A stretch of DNA of 63,761 nt, the filler included, from Rhabdomonas costata (lineage: Eukaryota), in NCBI GenBank assembly GCA_019059605.1. It is 38 parts of 38 records of this genome, joined end to end, with 100 filler letters (N's around TTAATTAATTAA, not from the genome) between each part and the next. Parts side by side here need not be neighbours in the genome. Positions count along the whole stretch, not along the records: positions 38,629 to 40,212 come from JAHMHO010012656.1; positions 40,313 to 41,893 come from JAHMHO010012657.1; positions 41,994 to 43,573 come from JAHMHO010012658.1; positions 43,674 to 45,253 come from JAHMHO010012659.1; positions 45,354 to 46,940 come from JAHMHO010012660.1; positions 47,041 to 48,620 come from JAHMHO010012661.1; positions 48,721 to 50,300 come from JAHMHO010012662.1; positions 50,401 to 51,980 come from JAHMHO010012663.1; 30 more parts are not named here. One strand, 5' to 3'. Each line of letters begins with the position of its first letter. The first letter of the stretch is position 1. Below the pieces are notes generated by a model that was given only the letters and a program-made list of their open reading frames with translations, had not been told where the DNA came from and did not search any database. Both the position numbers and the translations under genes were made by a program. Of this stretch, positions 38,657 through 50,874 are shown in pieces.

Positions 38657-39569
38657 CGAGTAGTTAACCCCGTTGAACTCCACGTGGAAGCAGAAGTCCG
38701 GGTTGGGGATCTCGCTGGGGTCGGTCGAGCAATGGACGAGAGTCTCGTCCAGATCCAGCACCAGCGTCATTCGAGGAGTCTGCCCAAAGGGCAAGGAAAA
38801 GGGAACGGGGAAAAGGGAAAGAGGAGGGGGAGAAATCTCGGAACTCCTTCACGCCTGCTGTTCAGTCCTTGCGAAGGAAGAAAGAGTCAAAATGGCACAA
38901 ACGGGCCCCCTAACTGTGACAAAGGAGATGTTCAAAAGAAATCTTTGTGAACCTTACCCTTTCTTTCACTCCAGCAAAAGGAGCCAAAAAGCCAAAATGT
39001 AAACTTGGACTCAGACGTGGTTTCTGAGGCATGCGCGTGAGAGGTGACCCGTGTGTGCGTGAGTGAAAGCCGGGAACAGAAGGTCGCGTTTATTTGAGTG
39101 AGCTGGCATGAAGCTGCACGCAAGGACGTGGGCTTGTTTATGTGTGTTTAAAATTTTAGTGGTGGTGGGGTGGGGTGGCAAAAGGAATTGGGGGGTGACC
39201 TCTGGCTTCCGCGGAGGAAGCAAGTGGGCGTTCCTGCGCACGATCCTCGAGGGCGGCATTGCAGACTGCAAGCTCGCAATGAACTGGTACCTGAGGAGCA
39301 CCACACAGAAAGACAAGCGGGAAAGCACATCCTCTCCCTTCTGCCCTCCTCCCCTCCCAAAACTAGTCTACCCCACCTTCATGAGGCGTTGTTAGACGTG
39401 GACAACCGCCAAGACTTCACGACAGTGAGCTGGGGATTCCAAACATTCAGGTGAAGAAAATTATTTTTTCTGGGTGAATGGGAAAGTTTTCAGAAACATA
39501 CGGGTCAAACTGGTCAACCTCGTACTCGTCGAACTCCTGCTCGATGTGCCCGTATCTGGCCAGGTTCTC
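38657..39569 (-). CDS. CTDSPL2: CTD small phosphatase-like 2 (FCP/SCP HAD phosphatase) fragment. Exons 39502-39569, 39200-39290, 38657-38779
   Basis: FDP|YQFI...LLPPRKPE|TPRMTLVLDLDETLVHCS...F.F.V.F.GV.Y contains the DLDET catalytic motif and the FDPY lead-in typical of CTDSPL2/SCP4. Confidence 0.9.
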
Positions 39570-40179
39570 CTGTGCCCTCCCCCCCTCCCCACACACTCTC
39601 TGTTGTTGCCTTTCCGTTAACAACTCACACAGTTGCACACGTGAACACACTTCCCCATTTTCCGCCTCCAGTTTCTATGTTCTTTGTTCCTCTCAACAGC
39701 CAAGCTCTGCGTTCCCCTTGCAACGGCTCATCGGCCGTTTCCACGTTTTGAGGTTGGCGATTTTGCCAACTAAACAAAACTAGGTGTTGTGCAGTCGTGG
39801 GTCGCAAGGTACACAGTGGCCGACTCACGATTAACACGGTTTCTTTACAAAGTCCGTTGCAGGACATACCAGGCAGAATGAACCGTGAAATGAGAATTAT
39901 CACTATGCACCTTCCAGGACGCGGAAATTGTGCCTTTTGACCAAGGTGTGTGGAGGAAAAAACAAGGACTCACGCCAACTCGCCAAACGCCAAACGCCAA
40001 AAGCTTTACATTTCTTAAGTTGAACGTTCACGGGGGAGCGCGCGCACACCCACTTTTGAGCAAGACTGCCTTTTGTGGGGACAAAAAACACAACCACCTC
40101 AAGGCAATTTGCGAAAAGCAACCTCCACTCAAAACCTCAACTGGAAACAGCGGTTTCGCGGTTGTGTCAGCAAAGGAAA

Positions 40180-40182
<3 letters not shown>

Positions 40183-40212
<30 letters not shown>
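40183..40212. repeat. (CA)n microsatellite at a contig end
   Basis: Perfect dinucleotide run. Others lie at 17840-17862, 52085-52117 and 52237-52265. Confidence 0.95.
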
Positions 40213-40844
40213 NNNNNNNNNNNNNNNNNNNNNNNNNNNNNNNNNNNNNNNNNNNNTTAATTAATTAANNNNNNNNNNNNNNNNNNNNNNNNNNNNNNNN
40301 NNNNNNNNNNNNGGGGTTTTGGGTAATATTGCGGAATTGCCGTTTATGTCATTACCGGTGTTGGGCTCCCGGCTTTTTCCAGACCTTGACCTAAAGGAAG
40401 CAGGCCTGGGGGTTTTTTGAATCCAGCAGCCCTCCCGAAACGCTGCGTGACCGGTGACCGGTCCTTGGAGTCCGAATTTTCTGACCTTTCCCCTCGGCCA
40501 GTTGTGGCCCTTGGTGGCTCTTTCGTGCCACTTTTCCCTTATCCGCTTCTTGGCCCACGCAGCGGAGGGTTTACGACAGCACCCACAACGTATTAACAAA
40601 AAACCAATCTACGCCGCAGTTGGATTCGCAAAATACCGTTGTGGGCAAAACCAGCAGGACCACCAATAAAAAAGGGAGAAAAAGGAACTTACTGTCAACA
40701 ACTGATTGACAGTTTCATCCTCGGGTGCGACCAACGCTCATCAGTATAAGAGATAAGAATACCGAATGGAGTACCCACCTGAAACACTTGAAAGGTCGAT
40801 AGTATCGGGATTTCAAAGTTACAGTTTACGGTTTACAGGTTTGC

Positions 40845-41802
40845 TCAGCGCTGTGAGGTCTTGTGCAGGAGCCCATGAGGGCCCAGCTCTCGCTCAATGG
40901 AGGGCAACACACGGGCCACGGCGGCCTCCCCCTCTAAGATGCACTCCGCAGCCCTGTGGAACTCCAAAGACCTGAAGAATGAGCCACAACCACGTCTGCA
41001 TTGCAGCGACGGAAAAATCTTCAGCCTTTCAGTTCATCATCGGCGGAAAGTGTAATTTCGGGATCACTTTCAGGTAACGTGGAACATGACTTGAAAGAAG
41101 AGCAGTGATTCCTTTTCCGTTCTTGACCAGGTCTGGTGCGTTGCTAGCAGTGTTGCGGTTGTGTTGTTGTGAGCATTGGTGGAGGAGGCAGTCACAGAAG
41201 TTAAGGAAGGGGCTCAGTGCCCCACGGGGCGTCGTTTCGATGCAAAATTGCGATGGTGATGGGATTTGAATGGAAAAACGAAGAGGGTATCGTCCTTTGA
41301 AAGAGGGGCTACGGGGTAAGGGACATACCCTACATGGGACAGCCGCGGGGTGATAATCACTTCTGGTGGGTCCCCAGCCATTCTGGCTCGGGTAATCCGG
41401 TCCTGCATAATATCAATGGTGGCAATAGCGATGTCAAACACGGACGGGGCACTGGGCGGGGGTGGGCTCCCCTTCCAGCTCCGCGGCAGAGGGAGGGTCT
41501 CCCGAAGCAGAGCTTGACCCTTGGCCACATGGGAGCTCAGCTCCGTGAGGAGCTGCTCCGCCATCGCCCGCAGGTCCTTCCCGTTGGACGAGTCTTCACT
41601 CCGGGCAGAAGCTGCGCCGTGGGTACGGCTCGCTCGAGACAGTAGAGGTGGAAAAGGTGAGGGTGAAGGTGCGGAAGGCCGAACTGTTTTATCGTCACTG
41701 ACGGACTTGCTGAAGCGCAGATCTTCTAAGGTGTTCTTGAGGGCCTGGAGTAGCTGGAAGTCCGTGATCTGGCGTCTCTGCGGGTGCCTGTACCGCCGCC
41801 CC
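40845..41802 (-). CDS. rssA: Patatin-like phospholipase of the bacterial RssA/YchK type, 3' part. Exons about 41329-41802 and 40845-40971
   Basis: APSVFDIAIATIDIMQDRITRARMAGDPPEVIITPRLSHVG|SLEFHRAAECILEGEAAVARVLP matches the RssA C-terminal signature RMAGDPP...FHRA...I..G. Phase-2 GT-AG intron; TGA stop. Confidence 0.88.
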
Positions 41803-42105
41803 CTTGAAGCCGAGAAGCACCCCCGTGGGGCCCAGGTTGCTCACGTGGCAGAGCGGCTGCTCCTCCGCGAAACCGCCCCTGACCCAACCCACCNNNNNNN
41901 NNNNNNNNNNNNNNNNNNNNNNNNNNNNNNNNNNNNNTTAATTAATTAANNNNNNNNNNNNNNNNNNNNNNNNNNNNNNNNNNNNNNNNNNNNGGTTGGA
42001 CTCGAGGTCCACTTCCCCCCTGGGCTTCCAATTTTTCACGGGGCATGGGCTCATCGCGCCTCACACCCTTGTCCTCGCGCCTCACACAAGTGCACACGCA
42101 CATAC

Positions 42106-42458
42106 CGAAGAAGTTCATCGGGCGCCCGGGCTCCGAAGGGACGGGCGGCGCCGACCCAGGGAAGAAGGGCTGCTTGTAGATGTCTAGAAAAAAGGCAGAC
42201 CGAAGAAAATGTTGGCACAACACTCAGCTGACCGACAGAACGGGCTACCCCACCGCATCTTTTTTCGCTGTCATGCATCGAACGCCGCGAATGAAAGGGC
42301 CACAAATGCTAAAAGGAATCCGTGAAGGTCAGGACAGTGAAAGATGGAAGAGGGGGCAGCCATTGCAAACACGGCACACTTCCAAAGGTGCGCCGGCGGT
42401 CCATGTAATCCCCCAGACGGCCATCATCGTAGTAGTAGCCAGGGTTGTAGTTCTGCAT
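42106..42458 (-). CDS. 5' exons of an unknown protein. Exons 42380-42458 and 42106-42183
   Basis: ATG start and a phase-1 GT-AG join giving MQNYNPGYYYDDGRLGDYMDRRRTFGNIYKQPFFPGSAPPVPSEPGRPMNFF. Confidence 0.5.
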
Positions 42459-43028
42459 GGCTGGGGCTTTTGAGATTGTGATTGGAAAACTTTCCGGACA
42501 AGGAGGGAAGGAAAAACAGCTGCACGCCTGTAGTATGCAAGAGGAAGAAAGTGAGGAACAAGAGGAACAGGAATAGGTAAATGTGTGTACAGGAAAACGT
42601 GCATGCATGTAAGTCCTTCGTTTCCATTGGGCAACCCATTTCAACTCGATCGCATACATATACCACCTTATTTGCTGCGCCTTTGCATTCTTTTGCCCTG
42701 TGAGAGTTGAAAATTGACCGCTCAGAATCGCGCTGAGATCACAGCTTTATTCCGAGAGCAACCTGGCGACATGTGAGTGCAGTCAACCACGGCTTTTTTT
42801 TTTGTGATGCTCAGTGCGATTACGACGCACTGCACATTTCACTGTAGGGGTCATGGGGCGGCAGGGGAAAGCAGGCCGGAAAAGGCAACCCAGCTTAGCA
42901 AAGGGAACCCACCAAACCGAGAAAAGAGAAAAAACGACACACGGCTGCATCCCCGAACGAAAATTAGTGCAACAGAAGATGCCATGGGGAAACCCACAGC
43001 TTACCAGCGAATTCTATTCAGTGGTGGG

Positions 43029-43571
43029 TTACTGCGACTCCTTGCCGCAAGGCCGGCTAAACAAGTACCCCTCCAGTACCAAATGGTCCACCACGCTTTC
43101 CGAGGTCCCCGAGCCGCACAGCAACCGCAGTGCGGAGGGTAGGTCCTTCACCTCACTCCGAGGGATCACCGCGCTCTGCAGAGCCGGGAGGACGCTGGAG
43201 GGCAGCTCCCGCCTCAGACCCTTGAGGACTTCGTGAAGCCAGATGTTATTCAGGGGTTCCACGGTTTGCACAAGGGCTGCCCCATTACGGTAGGTGTGAA
43301 CGCTGGAGCGCAGCTTCGCCGCCACAGGGAAGGCCGCAGCTGCTGTGGGGCACCACAGCGGCCTGGCCGAGCGGAAAAGCTGCGGGGTGACCTCCGGGGT
43401 GGAGACGATCGTGAAAGGCTCGGAGTTGATCCTCTTCAGGCGGTCTCGCACAGAGGTCTGCAGAATCCCAAAGGCGGTACGGCGACCTAGCGGCTGGCGA
43501 CCCATGGCCTGCCTTCCCCCAATAACCCCAACCACTTCGGCCCTGGCGAGCAAGGCGGCGACGACCACCAA
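43029..43571 (-). CDS. Probable coding exon, unknown protein
   Basis: 180-codon open GC-rich frame with protein-like composition. No family recognised. Confidence 0.4.
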   Translation of the reverse strand: MVVVAALLARAEVVGVIGGRQAMGRQPLGRRTAFGILQTSVRDRLKRINSEPFTIVSTPEVTPQLFRSARPLWCPTAAAAFPVAAKLRSSVHTYRNGAALVQTVEPLNNIWLHEVLKGLRRELPSSVLPALQSAVIPRSEVKDLPSALRLLCGSGTSESVVDHLVLEGYLFSRPCGKESQ

Positions 43572-44003
43572 AANNNNNNNNNNNNNNNNNNNNNNNNNNN
43601 NNNNNNNNNNNNNNNNNTTAATTAATTAANNNNNNNNNNNNNNNNNNNNNNNNNNNNNNNNNNNNNNNNNNNNCCCCCACCCTTAACTTGCACAAAATGG
43701 CAATGGTTTGCCACTCAGCAGACAATTCGATTTGCAAATGTCATTATCAAAAACAAAAGGTTAGGACCTGGATTCTTTTCGTGAATCTCTCCGCCCCACC
43801 CCCCGATGCCCCGCTTCTCGTGTGTGTTTGAGTATCAGTCGTCATTCATGCTCGTAAGTTCCGCATAGTGTAGGGGTGCAGAACCAGGCATGCGGGCGCG
43901 TGTGTGCATGCTGTATGTGCATTTGTTTGGTAATGGTGCTCAAGCCTTGGGTTTGGTTGTGATTGTGGTGGTGGAGTAGCGAGATAATCTCTTCCATGTA
44001 TAG

Positions 44004-44725
44004 AGCCAGTCGTTGCGCGAGAAGGTCGTTCCTCTTCCTGAGCTGAGCCTTGTGCGGCGGTCGGAGCTGATCCGCGCCATGGCTGAGCAGCGGCGGCAGC
44101 AGAAGGGGGGCGGCGCCAGCCCCTCCTCCACCCCCTTCTCCATGAGAGGTACGGGTTCCGGTGGATCGCAGGGTGCAGGGGGGTAGCTATTTTAGCTCGA
44201 TCGTATGCTGAACGGTGAACCAACTTTTTATGGCCGCTCAAATCACATTGTGACGGCAGAGGCTGCTTTGGATTACCCATTTCTTTTTTCCACAACATCT
44301 TCATCCTGTTACTACATCCTCCTGGGGCCAAAAGGAATACGTCCCCATCTTCCATCTTCTGTGGGCTGCACCCCAAGGGCCCAAGTTTTGTCACAGTTCA
44401 GCGATTTGCCAGTTTGCCACCAGAATGAATGCGTATCCTCCGGCCACTCTAGATGATCCACATTGCTGCTTTCCCATTTCCTTATTCCTCAGGTTTTTTC
44501 ATTTGCCGTGGTGATCAGTGGATTTGTTTTTCGTTCTAATATGTTGTGCCAGGAACAGGAAAGGTTCCTATTCTCACAGAGTTGGCATAGAGAGGTTTGT
44601 ATTTTTTGTTGTGTTAACGCAAACGTGGTGCTGTGTTTCAGAGAACTGCTCCCCTTGCTGCGATGTTGACGTCATCCGAGAGGCGATCCAGGAGCGGAGG
44701 AGCGGCTGTGGGGAGGACGTTCCGG
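44004..44725 (+). CDS. Two in-phase exons of an unknown protein (44004-44148, 44642-44725)
   Basis: AG/GT boundaries and a phase-1 join: SQSLREKVVPLPELSLVRRSELIRAMAEQRRQQ...|ENCSPCCDVDVIREAIQERRSG. Confidence 0.5.
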
Positions 44726-46091
44726 GTTCGTGCATTTTCGGGGGAGGATTTGCCGCTCTGAAAAGCAAGAAAGAAGCTTCGGATCCGTGGTGCATGATGA
44801 CTCAATAATAGGGATCAACCTGTTGGATCGGCCTTCCGAATCGAGCCTTCATTGTGCGCCTTGATTGCGTCTCTGTGTGCCTGCTTTGTGTTGCTCAAGT
44901 TGTGTCGTTCCGTGTCCGTGGTCAAAAACCCTCCGCTGCGCTGGGGAAAAGAAGCAACAAAAAAAAAGCCGCCAAGGGCCACGGGTTGCGGCCTGAGGGT
45001 GCAGCGTTTCCGGAGGCCCACCCCCCGGCCCCGCTTCGGCATTGCTCTCCGATTGTATTGAATCTACAAAAACACTCAATTGTCATCGGCAGGTGCTTGC
45101 GGTGGATGTGAGTGGGTGTGAATGGATGTCTCTGCCCCCGCCATCGGCCCTCCTTCCCCCGAAACAGTGTCCACATTGCTGAAGGCCCACGAGCCCAGCC
45201 AGAAGGGGGGGCCCCTGGCCCACATGGTGACCCGGGGCGTGGCACACCAACACNNNNNNNNNNNNNNNNNNNNNNNNNNNNNNNNNNNNNNNNNNNNTTA
45301 ATTAATTAANNNNNNNNNNNNNNNNNNNNNNNNNNNNNNNNNNNNNNNNNNNNTTTTGTGGAAATAGTATGATTGCAGGTCTTCACTTTCAGTTGAACTC
45401 CCCTTTCAGTTGGGAAATTTTCCCCAATGAATATAAGAATGGGGTGGGCCCCCAAGTCAGAAAGACGCCGGTGCCCTTTGGGGTTTTCACTACGCGTGGT
45501 TTTTGCCGCCTCCCTGGGAACCACTCCTCCTGGATCTCTCTCGGATATCTGCATTGGCTTCGCCGCGCCGTCGCTTGATAGGGACGGTAACACAAGGTCG
45601 GGTTGAAAAATTGAAAAAAAAAACATGGAAATTATGACATTCATTTTCACTTTTTTCATTTTCATTAAGTTATAACTCGGACAGTACTTTCTTCCATTTC
45701 ATCCCATGTGACCTCGTCATGCCCTCATCGTCCTCCGACGTCCTCCGACGACGCCATACTTGCTCCTTCCTTCTCTTCCTCTTCCTCCTCAACGTTGGTA
45801 ATGACGATATTACTAAAATTTTCGATTCCCCACTCTCACCTTTCTTCCACCTCCCCAACCGTGCCCTTTCACTATAGTATTTCACCCACCAAAACCTCAG
45901 ATCACTCCCTCTACTCCTCTCCTTCGCACCCCTCCCCGTCTGTCTGGTTTCAATCCGTCTTATTTTTTTTTTGCATTCCACTGGTCTATTTGCGCGGTCT
46001 TTCTGTAAGCTTGTCTGTTTTGGTGCGACACTTCGGTCGCTGCAAGAACAAGAACCCGTGCCCCAGCGCCGTATGCTTGACATTTGCATTG

Positions 46092-46147
46092 CCCTAACCC
46101 TAACCCTAACCCTAACCCTAACCCTAACCCTAACCCTAACCCTAACC
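46092..46147. repeat. Internal telomere-type repeat (CCCTAA)9
   Basis: Nine perfect CCCTAA units plus CC, with unique sequence on both sides. Confidence 0.95.
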
Positions 46148-46445
46148 GCGTGCAAACTTTCACTGAAAATTAAAAAAAATTCAAGGCATGGAATCACAGG
46201 GTGGGGGGGTTATTGGAGGAGTGTCGGAAAGGCCATTTAGCTCCACTTGGACTCCTCTCTGTCTCTCTCCTGGAGTTTCTGTCGCGATCTCCGACAGAAA
46301 AAGTGGTTGAAAAGACATGGTAGCGCAAAGGCAGAATCCTTTATTAATATTTCTTCGAACAACCCGCGCATGACATTATTCACGGGATGTTCTTGTTGTT
46401 GACACACTCGCACGTGTAGTTTAAATAGTGTCCGGAGGGCTGTAC

Positions 46446-46572
46446 CTTGAATTCCTGAGTGAGCTGCATAGTAGACTTGTCTTTGGCGGGGTCCAGCATC
46501 AGAACGACCATGTATGGGAATAGAAGCCCTTGTTCACGAAACAGCCCGCTGCCATCGAGGGACGCGGCGGAC
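46446..46572 (-). CDS. Probable internal exon, unknown protein
   Basis: CAG| acceptor, AAG|GTACAG donor, open frame SAASLDGSGLFREQGLLFPYMVVLMLDPAKDKSTMQLTQEFK. Confidence 0.35.
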
Positions 46573-47279
46573 CTGGCAGACCGAAATAAGCATCATACAA
46601 AACATGGGGTGATGGAAAACCCCAATGGCTTCGGAAGAAAGCGCGCCAGGTTCCAGGACCAGACGATTGCAACGTTGGCACGCGATGGCGTTTTCGCCAA
46701 ACCCCAGTTCTCCACTTCTCCACAATAAGACAACGGAAAAAACCACAAGACCAGGAGCTGGCACGGGCAGCTCATCATTTTTTTGACTGAACACACCTGT
46801 CCAAGGCATTCCTTCCGAGGCATTCACGCAGCACATGAGCGGGAAGCTCTATGTGGAATGCACGAATTAATGTTTTGGTGGTAACTGGGGAATCAGTCAT
46901 AGACTGGTTGCAAACATATTCGAATGGCAAAAACAACACCNNNNNNNNNNNNNNNNNNNNNNNNNNNNNNNNNNNNNNNNNNNNTTAATTAATTAANNNN
47001 NNNNNNNNNNNNNNNNNNNNNNNNNNNNNNNNNNNNNNNNTGTGGTGTGGTGGAGGATGGGCCCGGTGGGGCAATGTCCAGGAGAGTCAGTGATGGGCAA
47101 CGTTTCTTGTGATTTTGGCGGGGTCTGTCGCGAATCGACGCGATTTAGCACGATCTGGCCGATTCATCAAGTGTGAGTTTGACCCCCACTAGAAAAGTTA
47201 AGCAAAAATAAGAGTCAAAGTATTCGTATGTTGTTGTTGTCGTTCCCAGCTGTCTTTATGCTCCAATTTTCTGCGACCA

Positions 47280-48620
47280 ATGGATACCTCGAAAGACTTG
47301 CTCAAGCACCTTCATCGGCTGTTGCAGACCGTGCAGATTCCACCCTACAAAGATACCTGTAAAAAGCTCGTGCTGCTCGCAGTTCAGCTGGAAGCTCTTA
47401 ATCACGTGGAACAGGCATTTTGCTTGCAGACAACTGTTTCATTATTTTTTACTGCTAATTTTGCAAATGTACTTTTGCTTGTGTCTTTTTTTTTTAGGTT
47501 GTGAACATGGTCTTGCAGGCCATCCTTGACTCAACTGCTGAAGAAAGCCAGATTGGAACCTGGAAAGCACTGGACTTTTTGTGTCGTTATGGGGGGTCGA
47601 ATTTCGTTTCTGCATTTGCTGAAAAACTGGAGAAACAAGCTGAGACATTGCGTGTTCATGTGCCAAAAGCTGCTGAATTGGCCCGCATTGCACAAAGTTG
47701 GATCTCCAAAAAGGTTTTTTCAGCTCGTTTGGTGGTTCTGCTTCTGGGTGACTGTTTGGACCAGGACAAGCTCGACTCTGAAGCAAAATCGGAACAAAAG
47801 TCAAAGGATGAGGAGGTGGGCACATCAAAGGTTGATTCGAAGCTTCCAGCGGACACTTGTTGGAAAGAACACACAACACCTGAAGGAGTAAAATATTATC
47901 ACAATTCGCGAACAAAGAAAACAACATGGGATCGTCCAGCAGAGATGGGCGGTACTCAAGGAGGTGTCGCCGGAGCTTGGACTCTGGTATCACAAACTCC
48001 TGTCGAGCAGAAGCCTCTCAAATCGTCTTGGAAAGTTCACATATCCGAAAGTGGACGGCCGTTTTATTACAACACTGCTACGAAGGAGAGAACATGGGAC
48101 AAGCCCGCTGAACTCCAGGATGAGGCTGATGTAACATCAAAAGCAAAGCCAGCCGAGTCTGCCTGTCCTTCCTCTAACGAGGAAAAGGCTGTTTGGAAAG
48201 AGGCCAAGGCAGCAGACGGAACCGTGTATTATTACAATCGCAAGACCAGGGAAGCAGTCTGGGAGAAACCGGAGGAATTGAGACTTTCACCTTCCCCCGA
48301 GGCTGCTGTTAACTCCGCATCCTCTTCAACCACTTCGAAAGTGGAGATGTGGGAAGAGTGCAAGTCCAAAGATGGGCATTTGTACTGGTTCGACCACCAG
48401 ACTGGTGCATCTACGTGGGAAAAGCCAACAGGTCCGGCAGTAGAGATAGTGAGGGCATGCAAGAGTTCCGAAGGGATTCCCTATTGGTACAATTGCAAAA
48501 CTAAAATGTCGGTATGGGAGAAGCCTCCTCAGCTGCGTCGGCATCTTTCACGAACAGCAACGCACGAATTCAAGACTTCGGAACCTAACTTCCCAGAGAC
48601 CAATTTTGGACCTTCCACCA
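47280..48620 (+). CDS. Protein with an N-terminal CID-like (CTD-interacting) helical domain and five WW domains. Exons 47280-47414 and 47498-48620 (3' truncated)
   Basis: Five W...G..YY.N..T..T.W..P units, the fifth lacking the first Trp. The N-terminal WKALDFLCRYGGSNFVSAFAEKL...AQSWISKKVFS resembles a CID. 83-nt GC-AG intron. Confidence 0.85.
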
Positions 48621-50097
48621 NNNNNNNNNNNNNNNNNNNNNNNNNNNNNNNNNNNNNNNNNNNNTTAATTAATTAANNNNNNNNNNNNNNNNNNNNNNNN
48701 NNNNNNNNNNNNNNNNNNNNGGTGGGGGGGGGTTTTCCACGTGTTGGTGGGGCTTGCCCTGGCCTCGCTGGTGGCGATGGCCTCCCCGCTGGCCCACGAG
48801 CTGCGCTCAGGGGCCTCGGGAAGCGAGCACACACGAAGCGGTGGTGTGGTGTGAGTCCTGAAACTCCTGTGGGTGGGAAGAAACCCCAGAGCTGTACAGA
48901 TTTGAATGAAGAATTTTCTGTGTGCACCTGCCTGTCTAGGAGGTGATGTTTCTGGGCACCGTCTTTCTTTCGGGAAGCCCACGATGACGAGCGCTGGGGG
49001 AGGCCTTTGCAGGAAGTCCCGAAGAACTCCCATGTGTGTGCTGTTTGTGTTTCTGCTATTTGGGAACTTGAAGATGTACAGACTCCAAGATGTGGGGCTG
49101 CGGAGTAGAGGGCGGTGATGTGTACTGCTTGAGTGAGTGTGCTGCCGTGTCTTTCCCTACGGGCTTTTGTGCAGCGCTTCCACAGTTTTGGTTCTGGTTT
49201 ACGAGCATTTACGAGGAGACAGTTGGATAAGTCAGATTATTGCGGACTCAATGGACTCAATGGGCTCGATGGCATTCTGGAGGGTTTTGGAGTTTTTGCG
49301 TCGGCTAGGGTTGTGCAGCGGGAACACAATGGACCGATATTTTGACATTGGTTACACATTTGGGATGGCTGTGCGTTCCTAAGACATAAAAACTGCTGAG
49401 AGTGAGATTAATCTGAGGTTTGTGGAATTTCAGGGCCCCTGGATTCAAGTGCTGGGGTCACGTCACGTAGACTGGTTAATGCTGAATGACGACCGCTTTT
49501 TACAGTAATTGCCCTGTGTGAAATTGACAGAACGTCCCTTCGGAACTGTACAACACCTCTCCTTATGAAGAATGAACACCACTGACCCCACCCGATGAGG
49601 TGGAAAGCTGGGCTCTCGTGAGGCGCGACCATCGGACTAGCTTTTAATGTAGTGATGATATGATAGCTTTATCTGTCTCACTCAAGCGCGCGCGCGTGAG
49701 GCGACAGCAATATAACAAAAGGAACCTGTACAGAACAGAGACACAGCAGTGTAAGCAAGATGGGATGGTTTACGTCCCAGGTTCACACAAAAAAATATAC
49801 AAGCACTTAGGTCACCCCATCCTCTCGCCTCCCGAGCAAAGTGTTTCTGCTTCTCACCGTCACGGCCTCAAGGAGGGAGGTTTTTTCCCGGACTGTCTCT
49901 TGGACCCCATCTTTCGACCCCCTCGCTTGCATCTGCTCAGGGGCAGATTTTTTCTTCGGGCTCTGCTCTCGTTCTCTCTCCCTCTCCTTCCCTCTCTCTC
50001 GCTGTTGGTCTCTCGATCACTATCACTGTCACCAAGCTTTTGTCCTCCCTCCCCTTCTCTCTCCCCTTCCCTCTTCGCCCTCTCTTCGGCACCTCGA

Positions 50098-50300
50098 ATG
50101 GCCTCTACTGTGGAGGCTGTGCTGGCGCAGTTTCGGCTCAGTGAGTACGCCTCGCGGTTCCTTCAGCACGGGGTCACCGACCTGGCTGGCCTGCGGGGGA
50201 TGAGCGAGGCACAGTGCCGGCAGCTGCTGCCCCAGATTGGGCCCAGGGCCCGGCTGCGGCAGGCCATCGCTTCGCTGCCCCCCACGGACGCCCCAACCCC
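50098..50300 (+). CDS. N-terminal SAM-domain protein (3' truncated)
   Basis: MASTVEAVLAQFRLSEYASRFLQHGVTDLAGLRGMSEAQCRQLLPQIGPRARLRQAIASL follows the SAM consensus. Confidence 0.85.
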
Positions 50301-50800
50301 NNNNNNNNNNNNNNNNNNNNNNNNNNNNNNNNNNNNNNNNNNNNTTAATTAATTAANNNNNNNNNNNNNNNNNNNNNNNNNNNNNNNNNNNNNNNNNNNN
50401 GGTTTTTTGTCAGAAGTAACTTGCCCTCTGCCCACTGCAGAAAAAGCTAATGCTCCATTTTTTACGCTCGCAAGATAAAAAACGCTGCTTAACCCAATGC
50501 CACAATTGGAACAGCGGGGAAAACTATCCGCGGAATTTCTCCCTGAGTGACTGGATGACTAACCTACTGACTAAGCGAAATCCGTTGCGCACTTTTCATT
50601 ACATTTTAATTCCTCCTGGACTTCACGAAGGAGTCGGTGGCCACCATTGACATCTTTGCGTCCCCCATATCGGGTCCGATTAAGCTTCTTTGTGGCGCAT
50701 TTTGGCGGCGAACTGCCGTCGTTTTTGTGTAAGCACCGGGAACTTTTTTCGGTTTTGGAGGTGGATCTGCATGATATTGGGTCCGGGCTGTGAATTTCAG

Positions 50801-50874
50801 GCCGAACTCGAGGCTGTGGACGGATACAAATCCACTGCACTCCACTGCGCCGCTTACTATGGTCATGCCGCGGG
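50801..50874 (+). CDS. Ankyrin-repeat exon
   Basis: TTTCAG| acceptor followed by AELEAVDGYKSTALHCAAYYGH. The donor position is approximate. Confidence 0.7.

Noticed and set aside
45670-46240. ORFs with RV, GL and TL dipeptide repeats
   Set aside because: They are translations of the CCCTAA tract, with no evidence of coding.
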